A stretch of DNA of 64,000 bases from Planctomycetota bacterium (GTDB taxonomy: Bacteria > Planctomycetota > UBA1135 > UBA2386). The DNA lies in the NCBI GenBank assembly GCA_046290465.1, contig JBKAGP010000001.1:4192001-4256000 (forward strand). The letters run 5' to 3'. Shown piece after piece: positions 40,578 through 49,530 of this stretch (positions within the stretch are counted from its first letter, which is position 1; every line of letters starts with the position of its first letter). The notes under the pieces are model-generated. The model saw only the letters and a program-made list of their open reading frames with translations. It ran no database searches and was not told the DNA's origin. A program made the translations under genes and the position numbers.

Positions 40578-41153
40578 TTACCGCCGCTTGAAGCCGACCA
40601 CCAGGCCGGTCGCGCCGAGGCCGGCGGCGGGCAGGCTGCCGAGGATGAAGCCCTTGAAGCTCTCGAGGTCCTGTTCGGCGCGCTCCATGAAGCTCGAGAA
40701 CAGGTCGTTGATGGCCTGCCAGTCGACCACGACCAGTTCGGCCTGCGCCAGCAAGAACGTCATCACCAGCCAGAAGCCGACGGCGATCGCGGCGAGCTTG
40801 AGCACCGTGCGCACGAACAGGCCGATGCAGAAGCCGGCGATGAAGCTGAAGCCGAGGCGGAAGACGCCCTTCGACGCGGGCTCGCCCTCGGCGGCCGCGG
40901 TCTGGCCGGTGCCGCCGCCGCCCGGCTGGTCGGGCACGAGCCCCGCGCCGAGTGCGTTCGGGGTGCCAGCCCCGCCGCCGGTGGTCTCGGGCGCGTCGCC
41001 GCTGACGAGCGTCAGCACGCCGCCGGCGACGACGGCCACGACGGCGATGCCGAGCGCGACTTTCTCCCAGCGGGGCATGTCGCGCAGCCACTCGCCGAAG
41101 CTGCGCTTCTGGCCGGGAGTCGACTTCGGGCTCTGCTGCTCGTCGCTGCTCAT
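40578..41153 (-). CDS. FUN14-family membrane protein
   Basis: GFSFIAGFCIGLFVRTVLKL...VVVDW...GLVVGFKRR. Confidence 0.7.
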   Translation of the reverse strand: MSSDEQQSPKSTPGQKRSFGEWLRDMPRWEKVALGIAVVAVVAGGVLTLVSGDAPETTGGGAGTPNALGAGLVPDQPGGGGTGQTAAAEGEPASKGVFRLGFSFIAGFCIGLFVRTVLKLAAIAVGFWLVMTFLLAQAELVVVDWQAINDLFSSFMERAEQDLESFKGFILGSLPAAGLGATGLVVGFKRR

Positions 41154-41284
41154 GGGGCGCACACTATCGGGGGGCGGCCCGCTGCTCGCCAGTCCGGGAA
41201 GCACCGGATCGGCGCTCGGTGCTTTTTCCCCTTGGCCGCACTCGGGTGACCCAACAACATTCGGGGTTCCCAAACCGCAATCTC

Positions 41285-42319
41285 ATGAGAAACCTCCTCG
41301 TCATTGCCGCAATTGCGGCCTTCTCCGCCGGGGCGCTCGCCCAGGACAAGATCACGCTGACCAACGGCGACGTCATCACCGGCAAGATCAAGTCGATGGC
41401 CGCCGGCAAGGTCACGATCCACTCGCCCGTGCTCAAGGATGTCGTCGTCCCGATCGCCGACGTCAGCGACATGGTCACTGGCGAGCCGGTCATGCTGAAG
41501 ACCAAGAGCGGGGACCTGTGGTCGCGCCGCATCGTGGGCATCGAGAACGAGAGCCTGCGCCTCGAGGGCGGCGACACGACCGAGTTGCCGGTCGACAACC
41601 TCGGCATGATCAATCCGCCGAGCAAGAAGCAGCCGAAGTGGACGGGCTCGCTGAAGTTCACGGCGCTCTACACGGACGGCAACACGCGCCGGGAGTCGGC
41701 GGGCCTGCTGTTCGACGCGTCGCGCACGACCGAAGAGGAGCGCATCTCGGTCGACGCGATCTGGGACTACGGTAAGGACAAGGACGTCGACCGGACCAGC
41801 GCGACGTTCGGCCAGGAGACGCTGACCCAGCGCCGCACCGGCGCCGGCATCAAGTATGACTACTTCCTGAGCAAGCGCTGGTATGCGCTGGCCACGGCCC
41901 GCGCGCTCGGCGACACGCTCGCCGACCTCAACCTGCGCTTCACCGCCGGTGCCGGTCTCGGTTACACGGTGATCGACGACGACACGACCCTGCTGCTGAC
42001 CGAAGTCGGTCTTTCGTACTACACCGAGGACTACCGCACGCCGGGTCTGGCGTCGCAGGACTCGATGGCGCTGAGGGTCGCCTACCGCTTCACGCACCAG
42101 CTCAGCGAGCAGACCAAGTTCTCGCACCGCCTCGAGGCGTTCCCGTCGCTCGAGGACATGGACGACTTCTACCTGCAGGCGGTCACCGAGATCTCGACGT
42201 CGTTGACCGACAGCATGATCGCCTCGGTCGCCCACACCATCGACTACGACAACACGCCGGCCGCCGGCCGCGAGCGCAGCGACAACCGCGTGCTGCTGAC
42301 CGTCGGCTGGAGCTTCTGA
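41285..42319 (+). CDS. DUF481-family outer-membrane beta-barrel protein
   Basis: Signal peptide; D.I.LTNGD.ITG.I; W.GS...TDGNT; GAGLGY; C-terminal VGWSF. Confidence 0.82.
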   Translation: MRNLLVIAAIAAFSAGALAQDKITLTNGDVITGKIKSMAAGKVTIHSPVLKDVVVPIADVSDMVTGEPVMLKTKSGDLWSRRIVGIENESLRLEGGDTTELPVDNLGMINPPSKKQPKWTGSLKFTALYTDGNTRRESAGLLFDASRTTEEERISVDAIWDYGKDKDVDRTSATFGQETLTQRRTGAGIKYDYFLSKRWYALATARALGDTLADLNLRFTAGAGLGYTVIDDDTTLLLTEVGLSYYTEDYRTPGLASQDSMALRVAYRFTHQLSEQTKFSHRLEAFPSLEDMDDFYLQAVTEISTSLTDSMIASVAHTIDYDNTPAAGRERSDNRVLLTVGWSF

Positions 42320-42328
42320 TCGGCCGCT

Positions 42329-42383
42329 TCGTACGGCTCGGTAGTCGGGCGGCTCAGTAGTCGTACGGCTCAGTAGTCGTACG
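42329..42383 (-). repeat. 16-bp tandem repeat x3.4 across the lptD stop codon
   Basis: + strand gctcagtagtcgtacg at 42368 and 42352 (identical), gctcggtagtcgggcg at 42336. Confidence 0.88.
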
Positions 42384-44889
42384 ACTGGCCTTCGCGGACG
42401 GCCGCGCCGCCGAAGCGGTTGCGGCGTCCGCGCATCCCGCCGAACGTCGGCTGGAAGTCGAGCCGGAACGTCACCTCGTCGGCGAACGGGTTGTAGACGG
42501 CGGTGAGGCCGATGACCCAGTCGTGGTCGCGACGGCTCAGGCCGAACTGGTAGGCCAGGAACTCGTCGGTCGTCAGGTCGCGCTGGGCCAGCCCGAACGC
42601 GGACCAACGATCGTAGAACTCGGTGCTGGCGCCGACGCCGAGCACGCCGTCGAACAGGCGGTCCTCGCGGTATTCGATCGCCCAGGTCAGGCCCAGCACC
42701 TTGCCGAAGGTCAGTTCGGTGTCGAGGGTCTGCATGCCGCGCTGCCAGTCGAGGTCGCCGTACCAGGCGAACGCGAAGTCGTCGAACGGCAGCCAGTCGA
42801 CGTTGGGCCGCAGCAGCACGTCGTAGAAGAACAGGCCGAGGGTGTCGCCGCTGTTGTCGCGGTTGGCGTTGGGCAGCACATCCTGGGCGAGGTCTACGAA
42901 CACGAAGTCGCGCGGCTGCCGTTCGCCGTCCTCGGTCTCGACCATCTTCTGGAACAGGTTGCGCACCTCGAAGCGCAGCAGTTCGCGTTCGCCCAGCAGG
43001 TCGATGGTGTCGTAGCCGAGCTGGTTGAGGCGGATGCGGTTGACGTTGTCGTACTGGAACAGCGAGCCCGGCTGGTCGTCGACGTGGTAGCGGTTGCGGT
43101 AGGTCAGGCGCGGCGCGATCACGTGGCGCAGGCCGTCCTGTTCGCCGTCGGCGTCGAGCCACTTCCAGGTGCGGGACAGGCGGGTGCCGATCTGCACGCC
43201 GGCCTCGAGCGCGATCCGTTCTTCGCTGTCGCCGTTTGGCGTGTCGTCGTAGAACGTGCCGCGACCGCTGACGTACGGACGCACGTTGAACGAGCCGACG
43301 CGGAACGGCGCCGACACTTCGACGTGCTGGTCGGCGCGGAACGTGCGGTCGCTGACGCGGATGCCGGCGCGGTCGTCCCAGTCGCTGCGGCGCTGGCCGA
43401 GCTGGGTCTCGAGGTCGAGCACGATCGGCGTGTCCCACGGCGTCTCGGCGATCGGCTCGGCGAGCCACTGGTAGGTCATCACCGGCAGCTCCTCGACGAA
43501 GCGCTGCGCCAGGTAGCGGTCGTCGCGGTAGCTGAAGTCATTGAGGTTGAAGCGCGTGCCGAGCGTCAGCAGGTGGTTGCCGTCGGCGTGGTGCACGTAG
43601 GCGCTGGTCTCCGGCAGCTCGTCCTGTCGGTACGGGCCGATGAAGAACTCGCTGTAGACGCCGGCGTCCGAGGCGTGGAACGCCTGCAGGTCGAGGTGGG
43701 TCCGTTCGCCGAGGTGCACGCGGTTGGCGGTGCGCACGACCGAGCGGTGCGTGTCACCGAGGAAGCTGCCGTCGATCGTGCGCTGGATCTCGCGGATGTT
43801 CGGGCCGCTGTCGTCGATGTAGAACGCCTCGGTCCGGCCCTCGTAGAGGCCGTCGACGCCGTAAGTCAGGCCGGCTTCGAGCGGGTAGCCGCGTCGTTGG
43901 ATCCAGCCGACACCGAGCTCCCACTCGCCGCGGAACTCGCCGGCCGGGCGGCCGGTGATCCAGTTGTGCAGCGCGCCGCCGGTCTGGTTCCACGGCAGCC
44001 CGAACACGACACCGAACTGCGCGCCGAGCGAACTCGAGTAGCCGCCCGACACGCTCTTGATCGGGAACTCGCTCTGGCTGCCGGTGAAGATCCGCGCGTC
44101 GGGCACCGGCAGGAAGTCGATGCCGCCCGCCTGGATGGTCTGGCCGCGCGACACGACCTCGAACTCGCCGACACGTTCGATGATCTCGGCCTCGGCGACG
44201 TGCAGCGCCGCGTGCGGCTTCGAGGCGGTGCAGGTCGTCAGCGTCAGGTCCTTGCCGATCCAGCGCGGGCCCTGCTTGACCAGCCGCGGACCACGCACGA
44301 CGAGTTCTTGCTGGCCGGTCTTCTTGGTCGTCAGGTAGCGGATCTCGACGTTCTCGACCACGATGCGGTCGTCGATGGGGGAGATCCACAGCCGGTCGCA
44401 GCGCAGCACCTCGACGCCGTTCTGCACCAGGATCACGTCGCCTTCGCAGTACAGGTAGCGGAACAGGCGCAACGCCTCGTCGCTGAGCGCGGTGTCGGTG
44501 TTCGCCGGGTCCGGCGCCTGGCCGACGGCCGTCAGCGTTCGCTGCAGACGCTGCCGGATCGCGTCGGGCGACAGCCGGCGTCGCGGCTCCGGCGACGGCA
44601 AGCCGCGCGTCGGCAGGCCGCGCTCGCGACCGCGCTCGCCGGCCAGCCGCATGGTCTCGAGGTCGTTGAGGATCAGCAGCTTCTCGCCGCGGATCACCAG
44701 CCCGAGCTCGGCGATCGCGAAGCGAAAGCCACCCTGGGCCTGCACCTCGTAGTAGTCGTCGCGTTCGCGGGAGTTGTAGGCGCCGACCTGCAGGTCGTAG
44801 TCGGTGCGCGGATCCTTGCCCTGCGCCTGCACCGCGCTGGCCACGGCCAGGGTGAGCACGGCTCCGAGGAGCGGTTGCGGGCGCGTCAC
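42370..44889 (-). CDS. lptD: LPS-assembly protein LptD-like beta-barrel
   Basis: Signal peptide; TLTTC...PH, GYSS.LG, ELP motifs, RHVIAP, alternating aromatic strands; kds operon context. Confidence 0.72.
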   Translation of the reverse strand: MTRPQPLLGAVLTLAVASAVQAQGKDPRTDYDLQVGAYNSRERDDYYEVQAQGGFRFAIAELGLVIRGEKLLILNDLETMRLAGERGRERGLPTRGLPSPEPRRRLSPDAIRQRLQRTLTAVGQAPDPANTDTALSDEALRLFRYLYCEGDVILVQNGVEVLRCDRLWISPIDDRIVVENVEIRYLTTKKTGQQELVVRGPRLVKQGPRWIGKDLTLTTCTASKPHAALHVAEAEIIERVGEFEVVSRGQTIQAGGIDFLPVPDARIFTGSQSEFPIKSVSGGYSSSLGAQFGVVFGLPWNQTGGALHNWITGRPAGEFRGEWELGVGWIQRRGYPLEAGLTYGVDGLYEGRTEAFYIDDSGPNIREIQRTIDGSFLGDTHRSVVRTANRVHLGERTHLDLQAFHASDAGVYSEFFIGPYRQDELPETSAYVHHADGNHLLTLGTRFNLNDFSYRDDRYLAQRFVEELPVMTYQWLAEPIAETPWDTPIVLDLETQLGQRRSDWDDRAGIRVSDRTFRADQHVEVSAPFRVGSFNVRPYVSGRGTFYDDTPNGDSEERIALEAGVQIGTRLSRTWKWLDADGEQDGLRHVIAPRLTYRNRYHVDDQPGSLFQYDNVNRIRLNQLGYDTIDLLGERELLRFEVRNLFQKMVETEDGERQPRDFVFVDLAQDVLPNANRDNSGDTLGLFFYDVLLRPNVDWLPFDDFAFAWYGDLDWQRGMQTLDTELTFGKVLGLTWAIEYREDRLFDGVLGVGASTEFYDRWSAFGLAQRDLTTDEFLAYQFGLSRRDHDWVIGLTAVYNPFADEVTFRLDFQPTFGGMRGRRNRFGGAAVREGQSYDY

Positions 44890-47800
44890 TGCTTGCCTTC
44901 CTCGCTGCCTTCCTCGCGCGCGACGGACTCGACCGGTGCTGCCTGGCTGGCACTGCCCGGTCCCATGCTGATCTCCCACGTCAGGTAGTTGACGGCGATG
45001 CGCGTCGAGCGCAGTTGGCGGCCGTCGGGCGTGGTGATCACCGCCGCCTTCGGGTCACTCGCGACGCAGCGCTCGTTGAGCAGGTCGAGTTCGACCTTGG
45101 CGGCCTTGGCGTCGAGGCGCGTCCAGTCGACGTGCACGTCGTCGCCCTTGACGGTCGTGACCCTGCCGGTCGCCTGCTGGCGCAGCATCGTCAGCTGGCG
45201 CGCGTCGATGTGCAGGCCTTCCGGATCGACCTCGCCCTCGGGCAGCAGCCCGAACGCCTCGACCGGACCCGTGAAGCGCACCGCCTCGGGGTCGACGTGG
45301 ATGTTGCCGCGACACACTGCCTGCATGTGCGACAGGAGACCGCTCGCGCCCGGCTCGTGCAACGTCATCGTCGGCGCCAGGAACGTCGAGCGGTCGTCGA
45401 ACGTGCCGAGCGCCGACAGCCGCACGGTCTCCTCGTTGCGGATGCGCACGCGCGCGCCCTGCACGACGACCTCGCGGCCTTCGTGGGTGCGGCGCACGAT
45501 CGCCGGCGTCTGTGCGTCGGGATCGCCGAGGAACAGCGCGGCCGCGCCGCCCTGGCTGATCAGCATGCGGTGGCCGGAGCCTTCGATGTGTCCCTGCTGT
45601 TCGTCGTCGAGCTGGAAGTCGCGCACGTCGTCGACCAGCAGCCACGGCCGCGCCAGCGCGTGCGTCGCCAGGCTGCGCATCGCGCCACCGCCGCCGAAGT
45701 GCATCGCGGTGGTCTCGGGGCTCAGCACGAACGGCAGCACCCGCAGCCGCGCCGCGGCGCAGGTCACGGTCGCGGGCTCCGACGAGCCGGCCTGCGGCAG
45801 CTTCGCGTAGATGCGCGCCGGCTGCTCGTCGTCGCCGTGAGCGTCGACCAGCGCCGTGCGGCCGCCGGCATGGTGCACGTCGATGCGCGGGCCGAACACC
45901 TCGACCTGGTAGGCCGCCGGCTCCTTGCCGGGCCGTGCTTGGGTCCAGTCGCGCAGCAGGCGCGGGGTGCGGTCGAGTTCGGCGAGTTCGCTCCACGGCG
46001 ACTCGTCGATGTCCATCGGCAGCAGCTGCAGCGAGCGCGGGCCGATGCGGCGCAGGCGCGGCGCCTGCGCGCGCAGCTGCTCGCCGTCCTGCACCAGCAT
46101 CGCGCGCACCGGCAGGCCGCCGACGTCGAGGTCGGTGACCAGCTCCCCGTCGAGGGTCGCGCGCAGCTGGCGCACGTTGCGCAGCCTGGTGCCGTCGTGA
46201 CCGAAGTCGGCGGCGATCTCGTCGAACGGCGCGCGGAGCAACAGGTCGGTGCGTTCGCCGGTGCGCGCCACGTCGCAGCTGCCGAGTCCTTCGAGGCGCG
46301 ACTCGCCGTAGCGGACCTCGTAGCGGTGCTGGCGCCAGCGCGCCGACTGCGTGTCGACGACCGGACCGAGGCGCATGCGCTCTTCGTCGCCGGCGTCCGT
46401 GCCCGAGACGATCAGCTGCACGCCGTCGTTGCCGGACGCGTGCAGGTCCGGGCGCGGCTTGCCGCCGGGCCGCTGCGGCTGGCCCTTCTGGAACAGCTCG
46501 ATGGTGCCGAAGCCCTGCACGGTGCCGGCGTCGCAGTCGCTGCGGCGCGTGACCATCAGGCCGTCGCTGGCGACGACCTTGCGCGCGCCGCTCTCGAGCC
46601 GCGAGCTGCCGAGGAACACGACCACCTGCTGCTGGTCGAGCGGTCGCGTCGTCCAGCGGGGGAAGCCCATGCCACGGTGCAGGGCGCCGATCGAGTCGCC
46701 CGGGCGGATCAGGTGGATGCGGCGCGGCGAGATGCCGACGACCACGTCCTTCTGCTTGCTGCCGGGGCGCAGTTCGGTCTGTTCGATGCGCGACTCACCG
46801 CCGTGCGCGGTGACCACGCACGGATCGCCGAGCGGGCCCGGCCGAACGGTGATCCGCGGGGTGTCGACGTGCACGCCCGGCATGTCGATCGTCGCCGGCG
46901 CGCCGACCAGCACCAGCCGTTGCCAGATCATCTCGCCGCGGTTGTCGCCGAGCGTGCTGCCCGCGACGGCCTGCTCGCGCGAGCGCAGCAGCCAGCCGGT
47001 GAACTGGTCGCCGCGCACCGTGGACTTGCCGTCGCCCTGCCTGGGTTGGGAGCCGGCGAGCGACAGCTTGCCGTGGTCGAGGTCGAGCTCGACGTCGTCG
47101 TCGAGCGTGATGCGCGCCGCGCCGGTGACGGTGTTCTCGACGTAGTGCATGCGGCCCTTGGCCCGGACGCGCACGTCGTCGGTCTCGAGCACCGGGTCGG
47201 ACAGGATCGTCACCGACGCCTGCTGCAGGCCGTTGCGCTGGTCGCGCGGCAGGCGGGCGCGCGCGCCGCGGCCGGTCAGCGTCGCCGTGCGGCGGCCTTC
47301 GAGCGTCATCTTGACCGGCTGCTCGGCCTCCGTGGTCAGCTGGATCTCGTCGTCGCCGATGTTGATCTTGGCGTCGCCGAGTTCGAGCCGCATGCCGGCG
47401 AGGCGGCTGTCCGGCTCGCTGGTGATCACCGCGTCGCGCAGGTCGATCGCCTTCTGCTCGTCGAAGCTGGCGTGGCCGTTGGCGTCGCGCCCGAGTTCGA
47501 GGAACGCGCGGCTCGCCGTCACCGTCGCCGCGTGCTCGGCCTTGTCGTAGAGCTGCAGCGTGACGCCGGTCAGCTGCTGCAGGCCGTCGCCGATCGGGCG
47601 GCTGTCGTCGGCCTTGAGCCAGTAGACCAGCTCCTTGCGCACGTTGCCGTTGCCGAGGTCGATCTCGCGGCGCTTGGGGTAGTCGAGGCGCCCGGTCTGC
47701 GACACCGTCGCGTTCATCTGGCCGCTCTCGATGCGCACGCCGACCGGCTCGGGGTCGCGATCGGCCTTCTGCTGCTCGTCGCGCTTGGACTGGTTGCCGT

Positions 47801-47891
47801 TGGCGCGCACCGCCTCCTCGTCGCCGATGGCGAACTTGAGGGCGACCAGGCCGAGCGCCAGCAGCACCAGGAACGCGATCAGCCGCTTCAC
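44886..47891 (-). CDS. Large membrane-anchored beta-rich protein, putative LptC/LptA-like jelly-roll bridge
   Basis: N-terminal TM anchor; 1001 aa rich in beta-strand patterns; occupies the lptC position after kdsC. Confidence 0.55.
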   Translation of the reverse strand: MKRLIAFLVLLALGLVALKFAIGDEEAVRANGNQSKRDEQQKADRDPEPVGVRIESGQMNATVSQTGRLDYPKRREIDLGNGNVRKELVYWLKADDSRPIGDGLQQLTGVTLQLYDKAEHAATVTASRAFLELGRDANGHASFDEQKAIDLRDAVITSEPDSRLAGMRLELGDAKINIGDDEIQLTTEAEQPVKMTLEGRRTATLTGRGARARLPRDQRNGLQQASVTILSDPVLETDDVRVRAKGRMHYVENTVTGAARITLDDDVELDLDHGKLSLAGSQPRQGDGKSTVRGDQFTGWLLRSREQAVAGSTLGDNRGEMIWQRLVLVGAPATIDMPGVHVDTPRITVRPGPLGDPCVVTAHGGESRIEQTELRPGSKQKDVVVGISPRRIHLIRPGDSIGALHRGMGFPRWTTRPLDQQQVVVFLGSSRLESGARKVVASDGLMVTRRSDCDAGTVQGFGTIELFQKGQPQRPGGKPRPDLHASGNDGVQLIVSGTDAGDEERMRLGPVVDTQSARWRQHRYEVRYGESRLEGLGSCDVARTGERTDLLLRAPFDEIAADFGHDGTRLRNVRQLRATLDGELVTDLDVGGLPVRAMLVQDGEQLRAQAPRLRRIGPRSLQLLPMDIDESPWSELAELDRTPRLLRDWTQARPGKEPAAYQVEVFGPRIDVHHAGGRTALVDAHGDDEQPARIYAKLPQAGSSEPATVTCAAARLRVLPFVLSPETTAMHFGGGGAMRSLATHALARPWLLVDDVRDFQLDDEQQGHIEGSGHRMLISQGGAAALFLGDPDAQTPAIVRRTHEGREVVVQGARVRIRNEETVRLSALGTFDDRSTFLAPTMTLHEPGASGLLSHMQAVCRGNIHVDPEAVRFTGPVEAFGLLPEGEVDPEGLHIDARQLTMLRQQATGRVTTVKGDDVHVDWTRLDAKAAKVELDLLNERCVASDPKAAVITTPDGRQLRSTRIAVNYLTWEISMGPGSASQAAPVESVAREEGSEEGKQ

Positions 47892-48445
47892 GGGCGGCCG
47901 TCCTTGTCGACGACGTCCTGCCAGACCCCGCGGGCCTTCAGCAGTTCTTCGATGACGTCGCGCACGGCGCCGAAGCCGCCGTCGCGTTCGGTGACGAAGT
48001 GCGCGTTCTCGACGACCTCGCGGCGCGCCTGCGGCACGGTCGCGGCGAACGCGACGCGGCGCAGGACCGGCAGGTCGAGCAGGTCGTCGCCGACGTAGGC
48101 GATGCGATCGGGCGTCAGGTCCTGGCGCGCCAGCAGTTCGTCGAAGGCGGCGGCCTTGTCGATGCGGCCGAGGATCACGTCGTGCACGCCGAGTTCGTCG
48201 GCGCGCCGCTGCACGATCTCGCCGCCGCGGCCGGACAGGAAGCCGGAGCGGCCACCGCTGCGGTGCCAGTAGACGATGCCGGCGGCGTCGTGCACGTGGA
48301 ACGACTTGTACTCGCGGCCCTCGAAGTCGAAGTGCACGCGGCCGTCGGTCAGCACGCCGTCGACGTCGAGCAGCAGGAACTCGATCTGCTGGAGCACCGC
48401 GTCGTCGGGTCGCGGCCGGCCGGGAACGAGGGGGGCTCTGCTCAT
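47888..48445 (-). CDS. kdsC: KDO 8-phosphate phosphatase (HAD)
   Basis: LLLDVDGVLTDG, K.FHVHD, SGR, YVGDDLLDL, GGFGAVRDV. Confidence 0.92.
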   Translation of the reverse strand: MSRAPLVPGRPRPDDAVLQQIEFLLLDVDGVLTDGRVHFDFEGREYKSFHVHDAAGIVYWHRSGGRSGFLSGRGGEIVQRRADELGVHDVILGRIDKAAAFDELLARQDLTPDRIAYVGDDLLDLPVLRRVAFAATVPQARREVVENAHFVTERDGGFGAVRDVIEELLKARGVWQDVVDKDGRP

Positions 48446-49413
48446 CCGATCTTGAGGTTGAGCAGGTCCTGCACGTCCAGCAGGCCGAGCAGGCGGCCGT
48501 TGTCGTCGACGACCGGCAGCTGGTCGATCGCGAACTGGTGCAGCAGCGCCAGCGCTTCGAGCGCGAACGTGTCGGCCGCGATCGAACGCGGGCTCGGCGT
48601 CATCGCCTGGTCGATGCGCATCTCGCGCGGGTTGGACAGGCCGTTCTCGATCAGGCGACGCAGGTCGCCGTCGGTGAAGAAGCCGACCACCTTGCCGGAG
48701 CGGTCGACGACGCTGGTCGCGCCGGGCCGGCCCTCGGTGCGGGTCATCACCTCGATCGCCTCGAGCACGGTGGCGTCGTCCTGCACGCACGGGTTGCGAT
48801 CGCCGGTGCGCATCAGTTCGCCGACCTTCATCAGCTTGCGGCCGAGGTCGCCGCCGGGGTGGAAGCGGGCGAAGTCGTCCGGCCCGAACTTGCGGCCCTC
48901 CTGCACGACCAGCGCCAGCGCGTCGCCGAGCGCCAGCATCGCCGTGGTCGACGCGCTCGGCGCGAGGCCGTGCGGGCCCGGCTCGTCGATCTGGCCGAGC
49001 TCGAGCACCAGGTCGCTGTGGCGGCCGAGCGTCGACGCCTGGTTCTGCGTGATCGAGACCAGGCCGGCGCCGCACGACTTCACGTGCGGCAGCATCACCA
49101 GCAGTTCTTCGGTCTCGCCCGACTTGGAGAACGCCAGCAGCAGGTCGCCCTCGTCGACGCGGCCGAGGTCGCCGTGGATGGCCTCGGCCGGGTGCAGGAA
49201 GATCGACGGCGTGCCCGTCGAGGCGAGCGTCGCCGACGTCTTCTGGGCGATGAACCCGGCCTTGCCCATGCCGGTCGTCACGACGCGGCCGCGCAGCCCG
49301 AGGATCATGTCCAGGGCCTTCAGGAAGGGTTCACCAAGGCCGTCCGCCACCTGGCGGACCGCGACAGCTTCGCACTCGACGATCTGCCGCGCGCGTTCGA
49401 TCCGGGGGTCCAT
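48442..49413 (-). CDS. kdsD: Arabinose-5-phosphate isomerase (KpsF/GutQ, SIS plus CBS)
   Basis: TGMGK, ATLASTGTPS, HPAEAIHGDLG, SKSGET, FHPGG.LG, FTDGDLRR. Confidence 0.93.
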   Translation of the reverse strand: MDPRIERARQIVECEAVAVRQVADGLGEPFLKALDMILGLRGRVVTTGMGKAGFIAQKTSATLASTGTPSIFLHPAEAIHGDLGRVDEGDLLLAFSKSGETEELLVMLPHVKSCGAGLVSITQNQASTLGRHSDLVLELGQIDEPGPHGLAPSASTTAMLALGDALALVVQEGRKFGPDDFARFHPGGDLGRKLMKVGELMRTGDRNPCVQDDATVLEAIEVMTRTEGRPGATSVVDRSGKVVGFFTDGDLRRLIENGLSNPREMRIDQAMTPSPRSIAADTFALEALALLHQFAIDQLPVVDDNGRLLGLLDVQDLLNLKIG

Positions 49414-49530
49414 CAAGGACGCAGAGCCTATCAGGTGGACGCCGCCCGCGAACTCAGCCCGTTCTCGTTTCCGGTCCCGCAACGCGGCCCGCAATTCCGG
49501 TTCTGCGGCGAAACCTCACCGAACGGGTGC

